From an uncultured Candidatus Saccharibacteria bacterium (GTDB lineage Bacteria; Patescibacteriota; Saccharimonadia; Saccharimonadales; UBA4665), in NCBI GenBank assembly GCA_964478195.1, contig CAYZGW010000002.1, positions 1,109-65,108 of the forward strand: a stretch of 64,000 nt of DNA, read 5' to 3'. This document shows, piece after piece, positions 1-7,724 of the stretch. Position numbers and translations under genes: made by a program. The first letter of the stretch is position 1. The number at the start of each line of letters is the position of its first letter. The notes beneath the pieces are model-generated. The model was not told the origin of the DNA, made no database searches, and was given only the letters and a program-made list of their open reading frames with translations.

Positions 1-2
1 CA

Positions 3-992
3 AATCAGGCAACGGTTGGTTTTGCACAACTGCATAAGATAGGGGGTAGTTCGACGGTTGTTGATACACTGCGCCGTAAATTTACAGCTGGCATACAGAG
101 TGCACTACCAGAACCGCTTGCTTCGTTTGGGTTAGGGCTCCTGATTGGGCAACGCAATACGTTGCCAGCTGCGCTTACGCAGGCGCTTCTTATGGTAGGC
201 CTCACGCACATTATTGCAGTGAGCGGATATAATTTAACGATCTTACTGGAAGCATGTAAGCGGCTAATTGGTGAGCGGTCCAAAGTGGCTTCAACGGTCA
301 CTGCGCTGACTTTAATTGGTGGCTTCCTGCTGATAGCTGGCACAAGCGCCAGTATCGTGCGTGCAGCGGTCGTTAGCGTACTAGGCTTAAGTGCTTGGTA
401 CTACGGACGCCAAGTTCGCGGAGTGTTGCTTATACTGTTAGCAGCCGCTGGTACGGCCTATGCTAACCCTGTGTATGTTTGGGCAGACATTAGTTGGTAT
501 CTGTCATTCCTGGCCTTTTATGGAGTGCTTGTGGTTGCTCCTGGTATTAAGCGTAGACTCTACGGGGAAAGGGAGCCTCAGTTACTAATACAGATAGCAC
601 TTGAGAGTGCTTGCGCGGAATTAATGACACTGCCGCTTATCCTACACATTTTTGGCCAGATGTCGCTGGTGAGTCTGCTTGCCAATATGCTGGTTGCAGC
701 TTTTATTCCGCTTGCTATGTTGCTGAGTTTTATAGCAGGTCTTGCAGGTATGCTAGTCGGCAGCATCGCCGGATGGTTGGCCTGGCCAGCACGGATACTC
801 CTTGCTTATATGGTGGATGTGGTAAATCTACTTAGCCATATACCACATGTCTTTCAGCAAAATAGGTATCTAACGGCGTTAGATACGGCATTGTTCTATG
901 GTTTTGTTATAGCCGTAACAGGTGTGTCGTATGTGTTCCAAAAACGAAGACGTCTTGTGGCTACGGCTACCGAAGTAGCGCGTGCGACCTAG
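3..992 (+). CDS. comEC: ComEC/Rec2 DNA-uptake channel protein, C-terminal part (5' end lies outside the window)
   Basis: The frame is open from position 3. The translation ...ASFGLGLLIGQRNTLPAALTQALLMVGLTHIIAVSGYNLTILL... is the conserved competence-domain core, followed by several hydrophobic TM segments. The ORF stops right after the TM region, with no metallo-beta-lactamase domain. Confidence 0.8.
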   Translation, partial: NQATVGFAQLHKIGGSSTVVDTLRRKFTAGIQSALPEPLASFGLGLLIGQRNTLPAALTQALLMVGLTHIIAVSGYNLTILLEACKRLIGERSKVASTVTALTLIGGFLLIAGTSASIVRAAVVSVLGLSAWYYGRQVRGVLLILLAAAGTAYANPVYVWADISWYLSFLAFYGVLVVAPGIKRRLYGEREPQLLIQIALESACAELMTLPLILHIFGQMSLVSLLANMLVAAFIPLAMLLSFIAGLAGMLVGSIAGWLAWPARILLAYMVDVVNLLSHIPHVFQQNRYLTALDTALFYGFVIAVTGVSYVFQKRRRLVATATEVARAT

Positions 993-1028
993 GGCTTTGG
1001 TAATTATCTGGCAGACGCTTATACTTAT

Positions 1029-1712
1029 GTGTGCATGAATGAGGAGCTGAAATTCGGAGCGTTTAAAAACCTACAGCCCAAAGGGGTAATTCGTCGGTTT
1101 TCCAAGAAGCGCACTATCTTATTCCAAGGCGAAGTGCCGCAAAGCGTGATGGTTTTGCAGGAAGGCCTCGCAAAAGTGTACGGCATAACTACTGGTGGCG
1201 ATCAGCGCACCGTTACGCTTTTGAGTGTCGGCGATATCTTTCCAGTAGAGTGTATATTTAATAAATCACGCGTAAGTTTATATTATTACGAAGCACTAAC
1301 TGATTGCTCGGCCCTTAGCTTACCTAAGGCGGTGTTCTTAGAGGCGCTAGAGTCGGACAAGGCATTAAAAAATCAGATCTTTGAGTCCTATATGGCGCAT
1401 TATACAAGCGCAACTATGCATATATATGCGCTAGAGCATTCACATGCTCAGGAAAAGGTGGTGTATATATTGCAGTACCTAGTGGCACGTTTTGGCGAAA
1501 AGCAGCCAAATGGATTTACTAAGATTGCACTGCGCTTAAGCCATCAAGATATCGCTGAAATGGTTGGTTTAACACGTGAAACAACAGCTGTGGAGCTGCA
1601 CCGATTAAAAGATAAAAAACTAATTGATTACCAGCGGTTTGCCTACTATGTAAACGTCTCGCTACTGATACAGGCTACAGGTAGTGATGAATTTGAGAAT
1701 GTTGCAGTGTAA
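1029..1712 (+). CDS. Crp/Fnr family transcriptional regulator
   Basis: N-terminal cNMP-binding-like barrel (RTILFQGEVPQSVMVLQEGLAKVY) and C-terminal HTH (LSHQDIAEMVGLTRETTAVELHRLKDKKLI). The ATG at 1035 may be the true start (GTG at 1029). Confidence 0.8.
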   Translation: MCMNEELKFGAFKNLQPKGVIRRFSKKRTILFQGEVPQSVMVLQEGLAKVYGITTGGDQRTVTLLSVGDIFPVECIFNKSRVSLYYYEALTDCSALSLPKAVFLEALESDKALKNQIFESYMAHYTSATMHIYALEHSHAQEKVVYILQYLVARFGEKQPNGFTKIALRLSHQDIAEMVGLTRETTAVELHRLKDKKLIDYQRFAYYVNVSLLIQATGSDEFENVAV

Positions 1713-1919
1713 GCACGCTGGTTCTGTTATTTGCTATTTTATACCTACTGATGCACAATGAAGACAAAGCTAGGTGTAGGGCAGTGGTCTAAGTAAAGTT
1801 TTGTGGCAGGTTGCACAGATAAACTGTAAAAGGTTGGCTCAAAGGTGTGCGTTGCCTTACAGACTAAAGTCAGAAAAACCACGTACAATAACAGGGCTAA
1901 AGGGGAATAAATAACAACT

Positions 1920-2324
1920 ATGGCCAACGCAAATGCCAAAAACGTCCAGGTTCTGATCATTGAAGATGAGCAGCTGCTGAACGAGGCATATGCTCGAGTG
2001 CTCACAGCTGCTAATATTTCGCTACTCCGTGCCTATAACGGCAAAGAGGCTCTTGAAGTTTTAAAGGCAGAAAAACCGGATATTATCTTGCTGGATCTTC
2101 GTATGCCGGTCATGGATGGCATTGAATTCTTGAAGCAGTTGCAACCCAAGAAACAACTGCCCAACACAAAGGTTATTGTTTTTAGTAATTACGATGATCA
2201 GCACGAAATTGATGAAGCCTTTGCACTCGGTGCTATGCACTATATGCTCAAAGCCTGGGCGACACCAAATGAACTGGTAAAGCTCATACACGAGGTAGCG
2301 GATAGTCCGCAGTTTGCTGCGTAA
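1920..2324 (+). CDS. Stand-alone response regulator receiver (CheY-like) protein
   Basis: VLIIEDE...PDIILLDLRMPVMDGIEF...KVIVFSNYDD...A...YMLK is the canonical REC domain pattern. There is no output domain. Confidence 0.85.
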   Translation: MANANAKNVQVLIIEDEQLLNEAYARVLTAANISLLRAYNGKEALEVLKAEKPDIILLDLRMPVMDGIEFLKQLQPKKQLPNTKVIVFSNYDDQHEIDEAFALGAMHYMLKAWATPNELVKLIHEVADSPQFAA

Positions 2325-2449
2325 GTTTTTCTTGAATTTATAAGATAAAGCTGCTAATTCTGCGGGTTTGTTTACAGCTTCATTGTTGCTGCGGTTGTAT
2401 AGTTTTCTTTAGCACCGAACCGCGGCGCGCTAGAGGCGAAAGGAATAGT

Positions 2450-2602
2450 ATGGACTCTAAGAATCTCGACCGAAAAATCAACAACTTTCTGCACCGAAAA
2501 GAGCTAGAGTTTCCTGGGTTGTCGTTGCTTGGCGGACATAACTACACCGCACGACAATATGAGCGGCGCTATGGTAACAGCCGACGGCCACTCTTGGGCT
2601 AA
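2450..2602 (+). CDS. Candidate 50-codon ORF in a long intergenic region (hypothetical)
   Basis: ATG preceded by AAAGGA 6 nt upstream. Product is MDSKNLDRKINNFLHRKELEFPGLSLLGGHNYTARQYERRYGNSRRPLLG. It is below the ORF-track cutoff and I recognise no family. Confidence 0.2.
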   Translation: MDSKNLDRKINNFLHRKELEFPGLSLLGGHNYTARQYERRYGNSRRPLLG

Positions 2603-2709
2603 CCCCCAAAAGTCTAGCGCAGAAACAGGTGTCTGCGTAGGGGCATCGGTTTCCTTTTTGTGCATAAATCTGGTATGATAACAGATATAGTTGGAGCAAA
2701 AGAGATACC

Positions 2710-3435
2710 ATGTCAGGACATTCAAAGTGGTCGACCATCAAGCGTGAAAAGGGGGCTAAAGATGCCGCTCGAGGCGCGGTTTTTACTAAATTGGGTAATA
2801 TGATCGCTATTGCAGCTCGTAGTGGCACTGACCCAGAAACAAACTTTGCACTACGTCTTGCTATAGACAAAGCCAAGGCAGCTAATATGCCAAGTGCCAA
2901 TATTCAGCGTAGTATTGATCGCATTAAAGACAAAGATGCCGCTCAGTTGCAGGAATTATTGTATGAAGGCTACGGTCCGGGGGGTGTGGCTATCTTGGTA
3001 GAAGTGGCAACCGACAACATTAATCGAACATACCCGTTGGTAAAACTGGCATTTAGTAAACATGGTGGCAATATTGCCGAAAAAGGTGCGGTGGCTTTCC
3101 AATTCGACCACAAAGGTGTGATTCGTGTAAAAGCAACTGGTGATGATCTGCTGCTTGCGGCTATTGATGCCGGTGCCGAGGATGTACAAGAAGAGGGCGA
3201 TGAAAGTGTGGTCTACACGGCCGCAACTGACCTTGCAAAAGTGCGGGACACGCTTAAGGAGGCCGGGCTAGAAATCACCGAAGCCGAGCTTACCTATGTG
3301 CCCAATACTACTATTGAAATTACCGACGAAGTAACCGCTGGAAAGATTATGCGTCTTATGGATGCGCTTGATGATGTTGATGACGTACAAAATACGCATG
3401 TTAACTTTGATATTGATGAGTCGCTGCTTGCCTAG
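2710..3435 (+). CDS. yebC: YebC/PmpR family DNA-binding transcriptional regulator
   Basis: N-terminus MSGHSKWSTIKREKGAKDAARGAVFTKL is the family signature; length 241 aa. Confidence 0.9.
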   Translation: MSGHSKWSTIKREKGAKDAARGAVFTKLGNMIAIAARSGTDPETNFALRLAIDKAKAANMPSANIQRSIDRIKDKDAAQLQELLYEGYGPGGVAILVEVATDNINRTYPLVKLAFSKHGGNIAEKGAVAFQFDHKGVIRVKATGDDLLLAAIDAGAEDVQEEGDESVVYTAATDLAKVRDTLKEAGLEITEAELTYVPNTTIEITDEVTAGKIMRLMDALDDVDDVQNTHVNFDIDESLLA

Positions 3436-3534
3436 CTAAAGAGCCCGAAGGGTTTTTGCTTCAAAGGTATTTAGCTATACTGCTTATATGCGTACAAGCA
3501 ACTGGATCACTCGATTTCTGCAGGTGTTAAGCTA

Positions 3535-4005
3535 ATGCGAATCTTAGGGATTGACCCGGGTACAGGGATATTAGGTTTTGGTATTATTGAAGCAGAGCGT
3601 GGCAAAAATTTACTGGTTGATGGCGGTGTAATACGCACGCCGGTGCACGAGGACGACGCAGTGCGTCTGCTTACGATTTATGAAGAGCTGACCGATATTA
3701 TTGCATCCACGAAGCCAACGATAATGAGTGTAGAAAAGCTATTCTTTGCTCGCAATGTAACCACTGCCATGACAGTGGCGCAGGCTCGTGGTGTGGTGCT
3801 GCTGTGCGGTATGCAGGCTGGCATGCAAATCTATGAGTATACGCCTATGCAGATTAAGCAGGCCGTAACTGGCTATGGTAAGGCTGATAAAAAGCAAATG
3901 CAGGAAATGGTACGAACCATCTTGGGCCTTAGTGAGATACCAAAACCCGATGACGCCGCCGACGCAATTGCAGCTGCCCTAACGCACGCCCAGTGTAATT
4001 TTTGA
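3535..4005 (+). CDS. ruvC: Crossover junction endodeoxyribonuclease RuvC
   Basis: MRILGIDPGTGILGFGIIE (catalytic Asp motif), KQMQEMV...PKPDDAADAIAAAL C-terminal motif; 156 aa. Confidence 0.9.
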   Translation: MRILGIDPGTGILGFGIIEAERGKNLLVDGGVIRTPVHEDDAVRLLTIYEELTDIIASTKPTIMSVEKLFFARNVTTAMTVAQARGVVLLCGMQAGMQIYEYTPMQIKQAVTGYGKADKKQMQEMVRTILGLSEIPKPDDAADAIAAALTHAQCNF

Positions 4006-4041
4006 CAGACTAACTCTTGATTATCGCAGTATATTGTATAG

Positions 4042-4638
4042 GTGGCTAATTTAGGTCCCGCTAATGTCCATGAGACATTAAATGTGTTCCGAAGCCTGAC
4101 AGAAGCGCTGATTGAGGTAGATCCGCTCGCTTCATCTCCGCTTGGTAGGGCTGGCTTGGAGTCGTATTTTCTAGCGCTGCAAGATATGGCCTGTTTGCAC
4201 GGTGGTGCTCTAGGGCAACGACAGCAGATTATTAGGAACCTCAGTAGTCCAGGCCATATTGAAGTAGGGCGCGCAGCTACGGAACAGACGGTGTCACTCT
4301 ATGCTACTGTTTTGGGCGAAACGGCGATCAGGGCGGCGTCTTTGGCGGTTGGCTTGGAGTATAATCGCTATAACGAGAGTCATCATGAGGGCTTTTATCC
4401 TAAAAGGGTCTCTACAATGCTTTGCTATGGTACGCCCGTGTCTTGGTATGTCTCGCTTAAGAACTGGCGGCCGCCGTTTGACGTATCTGAAACTGGCAGT
4501 GAGGGTCCGGGTATCGGGGCGGCTGCAAGGGCGGATTATGGCAGAAGTCTTGGAATAGTGTTGGGTGTTATCCGGCAATTTAATGCGATACTTACTCCAA
4601 TGGCTGGCGCTATTCATCCGGATCATTCGAGCGAGTAG
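4042..4638 (+). CDS. Hypothetical protein, paralog A of a tandem pair inserted between ruvC and ruvA
   Basis: 198-aa ORF with a GTG start and no SD. TATATT lies 6 nt upstream. It shares blocks with the next ORF (QRQQIIRNLSSPGHIEVGR vs ERQQTVMQGLENPKFVKVDR; YGRSLGIVLGVIRQFNAILTPMAG vs YERLGLGLALVHAVSEGILKPLASG). Confidence 0.6.
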   Translation: MANLGPANVHETLNVFRSLTEALIEVDPLASSPLGRAGLESYFLALQDMACLHGGALGQRQQIIRNLSSPGHIEVGRAATEQTVSLYATVLGETAIRAASLAVGLEYNRYNESHHEGFYPKRVSTMLCYGTPVSWYVSLKNWRPPFDVSETGSEGPGIGAAARADYGRSLGIVLGVIRQFNAILTPMAGAIHPDHSSE

Positions 4639-4699
4639 CTGATACAGATAGATAAAGCTTGCGCTTTGGACTGGCGCTAGGCTGTACTATATTGTATTT

Positions 4700-5302
4700 A
4701 TGGCAGAATCAATCTCATTCGTTCCCGCTACTTTACTGAGCACCTTTCAGAATCAAGCCGAGACTCTTTATAGGGCAGATAGGCTTGCTGTCTACCCGCT
4801 CCGAGGCATAGCGCCGGTACGTTTACGGGCAGCACTGGGGCGTATTGTTGCTCAGCATCTAAAAGGCGATGAAGAGCGGCAGCAAACAGTGATGCAAGGG
4901 CTGGAAAATCCTAAATTTGTCAAAGTGGATAGAACAGAACTTCACGACAGAAGGAACAGTAGTACGCTGCGTGTAGCGCTTCTGGGCGAGATGGCTGCAG
5001 AAGGAGGCTGGTTCGATACAGAAGTTACATATTCAGAATCTAAGAAACCAGGCACAAGGGGTTTACGGTTTTCAGGACTTACTACTTGCATCAATTCCGA
5101 GACCGGCGGAGAGAAGCTTGAAGACGATTGGAGAGCGCTTTACAGGCTTGCACTCGATTGTGGAGGCCTTAACGACCTAGACCCTATACCACTTGATGAT
5201 TCGAGGTACGAAAGGCTGGGGCTGGGTCTCGCGTTGGTTCATGCAGTTAGTGAAGGAATTCTCAAACCTTTAGCTAGCGGGGTGGTGTCCGCAGAACTTT
5301 AG
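4700..5302 (+). CDS. Hypothetical protein, paralog B of the tandem pair
   Basis: 200-aa ORF with an ATG start. TTGGAC-16 nt-TATATT promoter-like motif ends 6 nt before the ATG, with no SD. Paralogous to 4042-4638. Confidence 0.6.
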   Translation: MAESISFVPATLLSTFQNQAETLYRADRLAVYPLRGIAPVRLRAALGRIVAQHLKGDEERQQTVMQGLENPKFVKVDRTELHDRRNSSTLRVALLGEMAAEGGWFDTEVTYSESKKPGTRGLRFSGLTTCINSETGGEKLEDDWRALYRLALDCGGLNDLDPIPLDDSRYERLGLGLALVHAVSEGILKPLASGVVSAEL

Positions 5303-5361
5303 AAGGCCACTCTAGCACCGGAGTTATTGTTCCGCCGTGTACTACATGTCACAATAGAGTC

Positions 5362-5937
5362 ATGATTGCGACACTAAGCGGGGTGGTGAGCGAAAAGCTA
5401 GCCGATATGGTTGTGTTGGATGTGCGTGGCGTAGGCTACGGTTTACAAGTGACCGCTGAGGATTTTGGCCGATTACCCACTAGCGAAGCTGCTAAGCTCT
5501 ATGTGTATGAACATATCCGCGAACAAACCTACGATCTGTTCGGGTTTGTACAGCTGGATACCAAAAAATTGTTTGAACAACTGCTAGGTGTAAAAAATGT
5601 GGGGCCAAAAGTGGCGCTAGCTGTTTTGGATATTGGGACCGCACCTGCAGTGCGTGGTGCAATTGCAGCAGGCGACGTAAAGCTGCTGCAAAGCGCGAAA
5701 GGTGTAGGTAAACGTGCAGCCGAGCAGATTGTGGTGGAGCTGCGTGACAAAGTGGGCCTGAGTGCTAGCGATACTGCCGAAGGCATAGTGTCCCGCCCAG
5801 GCATTAATACGCAAGATGAAGCGGTGGAAGCGCTTATTTCACTGGGCTACACGCCGCAAGATGCGGCGGCGGCACTCAAAGATATTGACGCAGCACTTCC
5901 TAGTGAAGAACGCATAAAATTGGCGCTGAAGCGATGA
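5362..5937 (+). CDS. ruvA: Holliday junction branch migration complex subunit RuvA
   Basis: MIATLSGVV...VVLDVRGVGYGLQV, HhH motifs (LLGVKNVGPKVALAVL, LQSAKGVGKRAAEQIV), C-terminal domain III (ALISLGYTPQDA). Confidence 0.9.
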   Translation: MIATLSGVVSEKLADMVVLDVRGVGYGLQVTAEDFGRLPTSEAAKLYVYEHIREQTYDLFGFVQLDTKKLFEQLLGVKNVGPKVALAVLDIGTAPAVRGAIAAGDVKLLQSAKGVGKRAAEQIVVELRDKVGLSASDTAEGIVSRPGINTQDEAVEALISLGYTPQDAAAALKDIDAALPSEERIKLALKR

Positions 5938-6572
5938 GTATACGACCGATTGCGCCAAGGCTATCTGTCCAATTGAATGCTTGGGACAATGAGGTTGCTG
6001 ATTCGCTTGAGATTGATGATTCACTCGTGGAGCTAGCTGATTTTACTGGAGTGGTGCGTTTGCAAATTGATAGCTCAAAGCTAAGCGGCGTACTGCTAAC
6101 AGGTTTGGTGTTGGATAAATTGGAGCTAACTGATTCGCTAGGAACAAAGCTGGAAGCTGCAGCACTGCGTACTCACAAAGCGAACTTGCTGCGGGTAATA
6201 CTAACTGATTCTCGGCTGACTGGCGCAGAATTTGCCGAAGCCCACATCGAAGATTGTACCTTTAAAAATGTAAAATTTGATGAAGCTGGTTTTCGCTTTG
6301 CCAGTTTTAAGCGGGTGCGGTTTGAAGATTGCATACTACGTCAAGCAGATTTTAGTAGTGCTAGGTTTGAACAGGTACTATTTACCGGCTGTGATCTGGA
6401 AGCGACTAACTTTATGTCCGCTAACTGTAAGGACCTGGATGTAACTGCCGAAGACCTAACAGGCGTGAAGGGCATCTTAGGCCTAAAGGGCGCGACGATC
6501 TCTGAAGTGCAGCTGATGCAGCTAGCGCCGCTACTAGCAACAGAACTGGGCTTTCATATTAAAGAAATATAA
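5934..6572 (+). CDS. Pentapeptide repeat protein
   Basis: Runs of A(D/N)LxX-type pentapeptides (GAEFAEAHIEDCTFKNVKFDEAGFRFASFKRVRFEDCILRQADFSSARFEQVLFTGCDLEATNF). The start overlaps the ruvA stop (ATGA). Confidence 0.8.
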   Translation: MSIRPIAPRLSVQLNAWDNEVADSLEIDDSLVELADFTGVVRLQIDSSKLSGVLLTGLVLDKLELTDSLGTKLEAAALRTHKANLLRVILTDSRLTGAEFAEAHIEDCTFKNVKFDEAGFRFASFKRVRFEDCILRQADFSSARFEQVLFTGCDLEATNFMSANCKDLDVTAEDLTGVKGILGLKGATISEVQLMQLAPLLATELGFHIKEI

Positions 6573-6632
6573 ACCAATCTTACAACAAAAGTTTGCACAG
6601 TGCTTAAGCTTATTGCAGTATAATAGTGAACA

Positions 6633-7643
6633 ATGATAGAACGGATTGTTGGAGCAGCGCCGCAAGCGGATGATGAGGTCGAGCAGGAGCTGGAAAATAA
6701 ACTGCGTCCGCAAGACTTTGCGAATTACATTGGCCAGGACCGCTTAAAACAGAACTTGCAGCTGGCAATTCAAGCAGCCAAGAAACGCGGTGAGGCATTA
6801 GACCATGTACTGCTGTATGGCCCGCCGGGGCTGGGTAAAACTACCATGGCGAGTGTTATCGCCCATGAAATGGGTGCACAAATACGTATTACATCAGGAC
6901 CGGCGATTGAGCGGGCCGGTGATCTGGCAAGCCTGCTCACTAATCTGCAGGATGGTGACATCCTGTTTATAGACGAAATTCATCGCCTGCATCGCACGGT
7001 TGAAGAGGTGTTGTATAGCGCTATGGAAGATTACAAGCTGGACATCATGCTTGGTAAAGGCCCATCGGCGCGGAGTCTGCGGTTGGATTTGCCGCAGTTT
7101 ACACTTATTGGCGCTACTACACGTACGGGTGCTCTCGCTGCGCCACTGCGCGATCGGTTTGGGCACATTCATCGGCTCGAATTTTATACGCCCGAGCAGA
7201 TCTCTCAAATTATTACCCGGGCTGCCGGCATTTTAAACATCAAAATCGATATCTCAGCAGCTCTTAAGCTTGCTGAGCGTAGTCGGCTAACACCGCGTAT
7301 CGCCAACCGCTTGCTCAAACGAGTGCGTGACTACGCGGACGTGAATGGTGATGGTATTATTGACACTTCTATAAGCACTCGCGCGTTGGAGCTACTAGAA
7401 ATAGACAACCTGGGCCTAGATCCAGCTGATCGTATGCTGCTGGCGGCTATCATTGATAGTTATGACGGCGGACCGGTGGGTGTTGAAACTCTAGCGGCAC
7501 TTACAGCTGAAGAACGCAGTACCATCGAGGATTTTATTGAGCCATACCTGATGCAAATTGGCCTTTTAGAGCGTACACCGCGTGGTCGCAAAGTGACACG
7601 CAAAACGTACCAGCATCTTGGCAAACAAGCACCCAAGTCGTAG
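6633..7643 (+). CDS. ruvB: Holliday junction DNA helicase RuvB
   Basis: Walker [13 protein letters not shown], Walker [11 protein letters not shown], sensor GATTRTG, winged-helix C-terminus; 336 aa. Confidence 0.95.
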   Translation: MIERIVGAAPQADDEVEQELENKLRPQDFANYIGQDRLKQNLQLAIQAAKKRGEALDHVLLYGPPGLGKTTMASVIAHEMGAQIRITSGPAIERAGDLASLLTNLQDGDILFIDEIHRLHRTVEEVLYSAMEDYKLDIMLGKGPSARSLRLDLPQFTLIGATTRTGALAAPLRDRFGHIHRLEFYTPEQISQIITRAAGILNIKIDISAALKLAERSRLTPRIANRLLKRVRDYADVNGDGIIDTSISTRALELLEIDNLGLDPADRMLLAAIIDSYDGGPVGVETLAALTAEERSTIEDFIEPYLMQIGLLERTPRGRKVTRKTYQHLGKQAPKS

Positions 7644-7724
7644 CCATCGGGCTTACTTACATTACAAACCTAGCTAACCTGCTATCCTCGATCTGTATGT
7701 AATGACCTCAAAGTGATGAGCCTA

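Noticed and set aside
2325-2709. tmRNA or RNase P RNA in the long yebC upstream region
   Set aside because: Short resemblances (GGUAACAG, CAGAAACA, AAUCUCGACCG) are isolated. There is no T-arm/acceptor mimic and no conserved CR-I/CR-V blocks.
2478-2900. 140-aa minus-strand ORF overlapping the yebC start
   Set aside because: It overlaps the highly conserved yebC N-terminus on the opposite strand and has no recognisable features.
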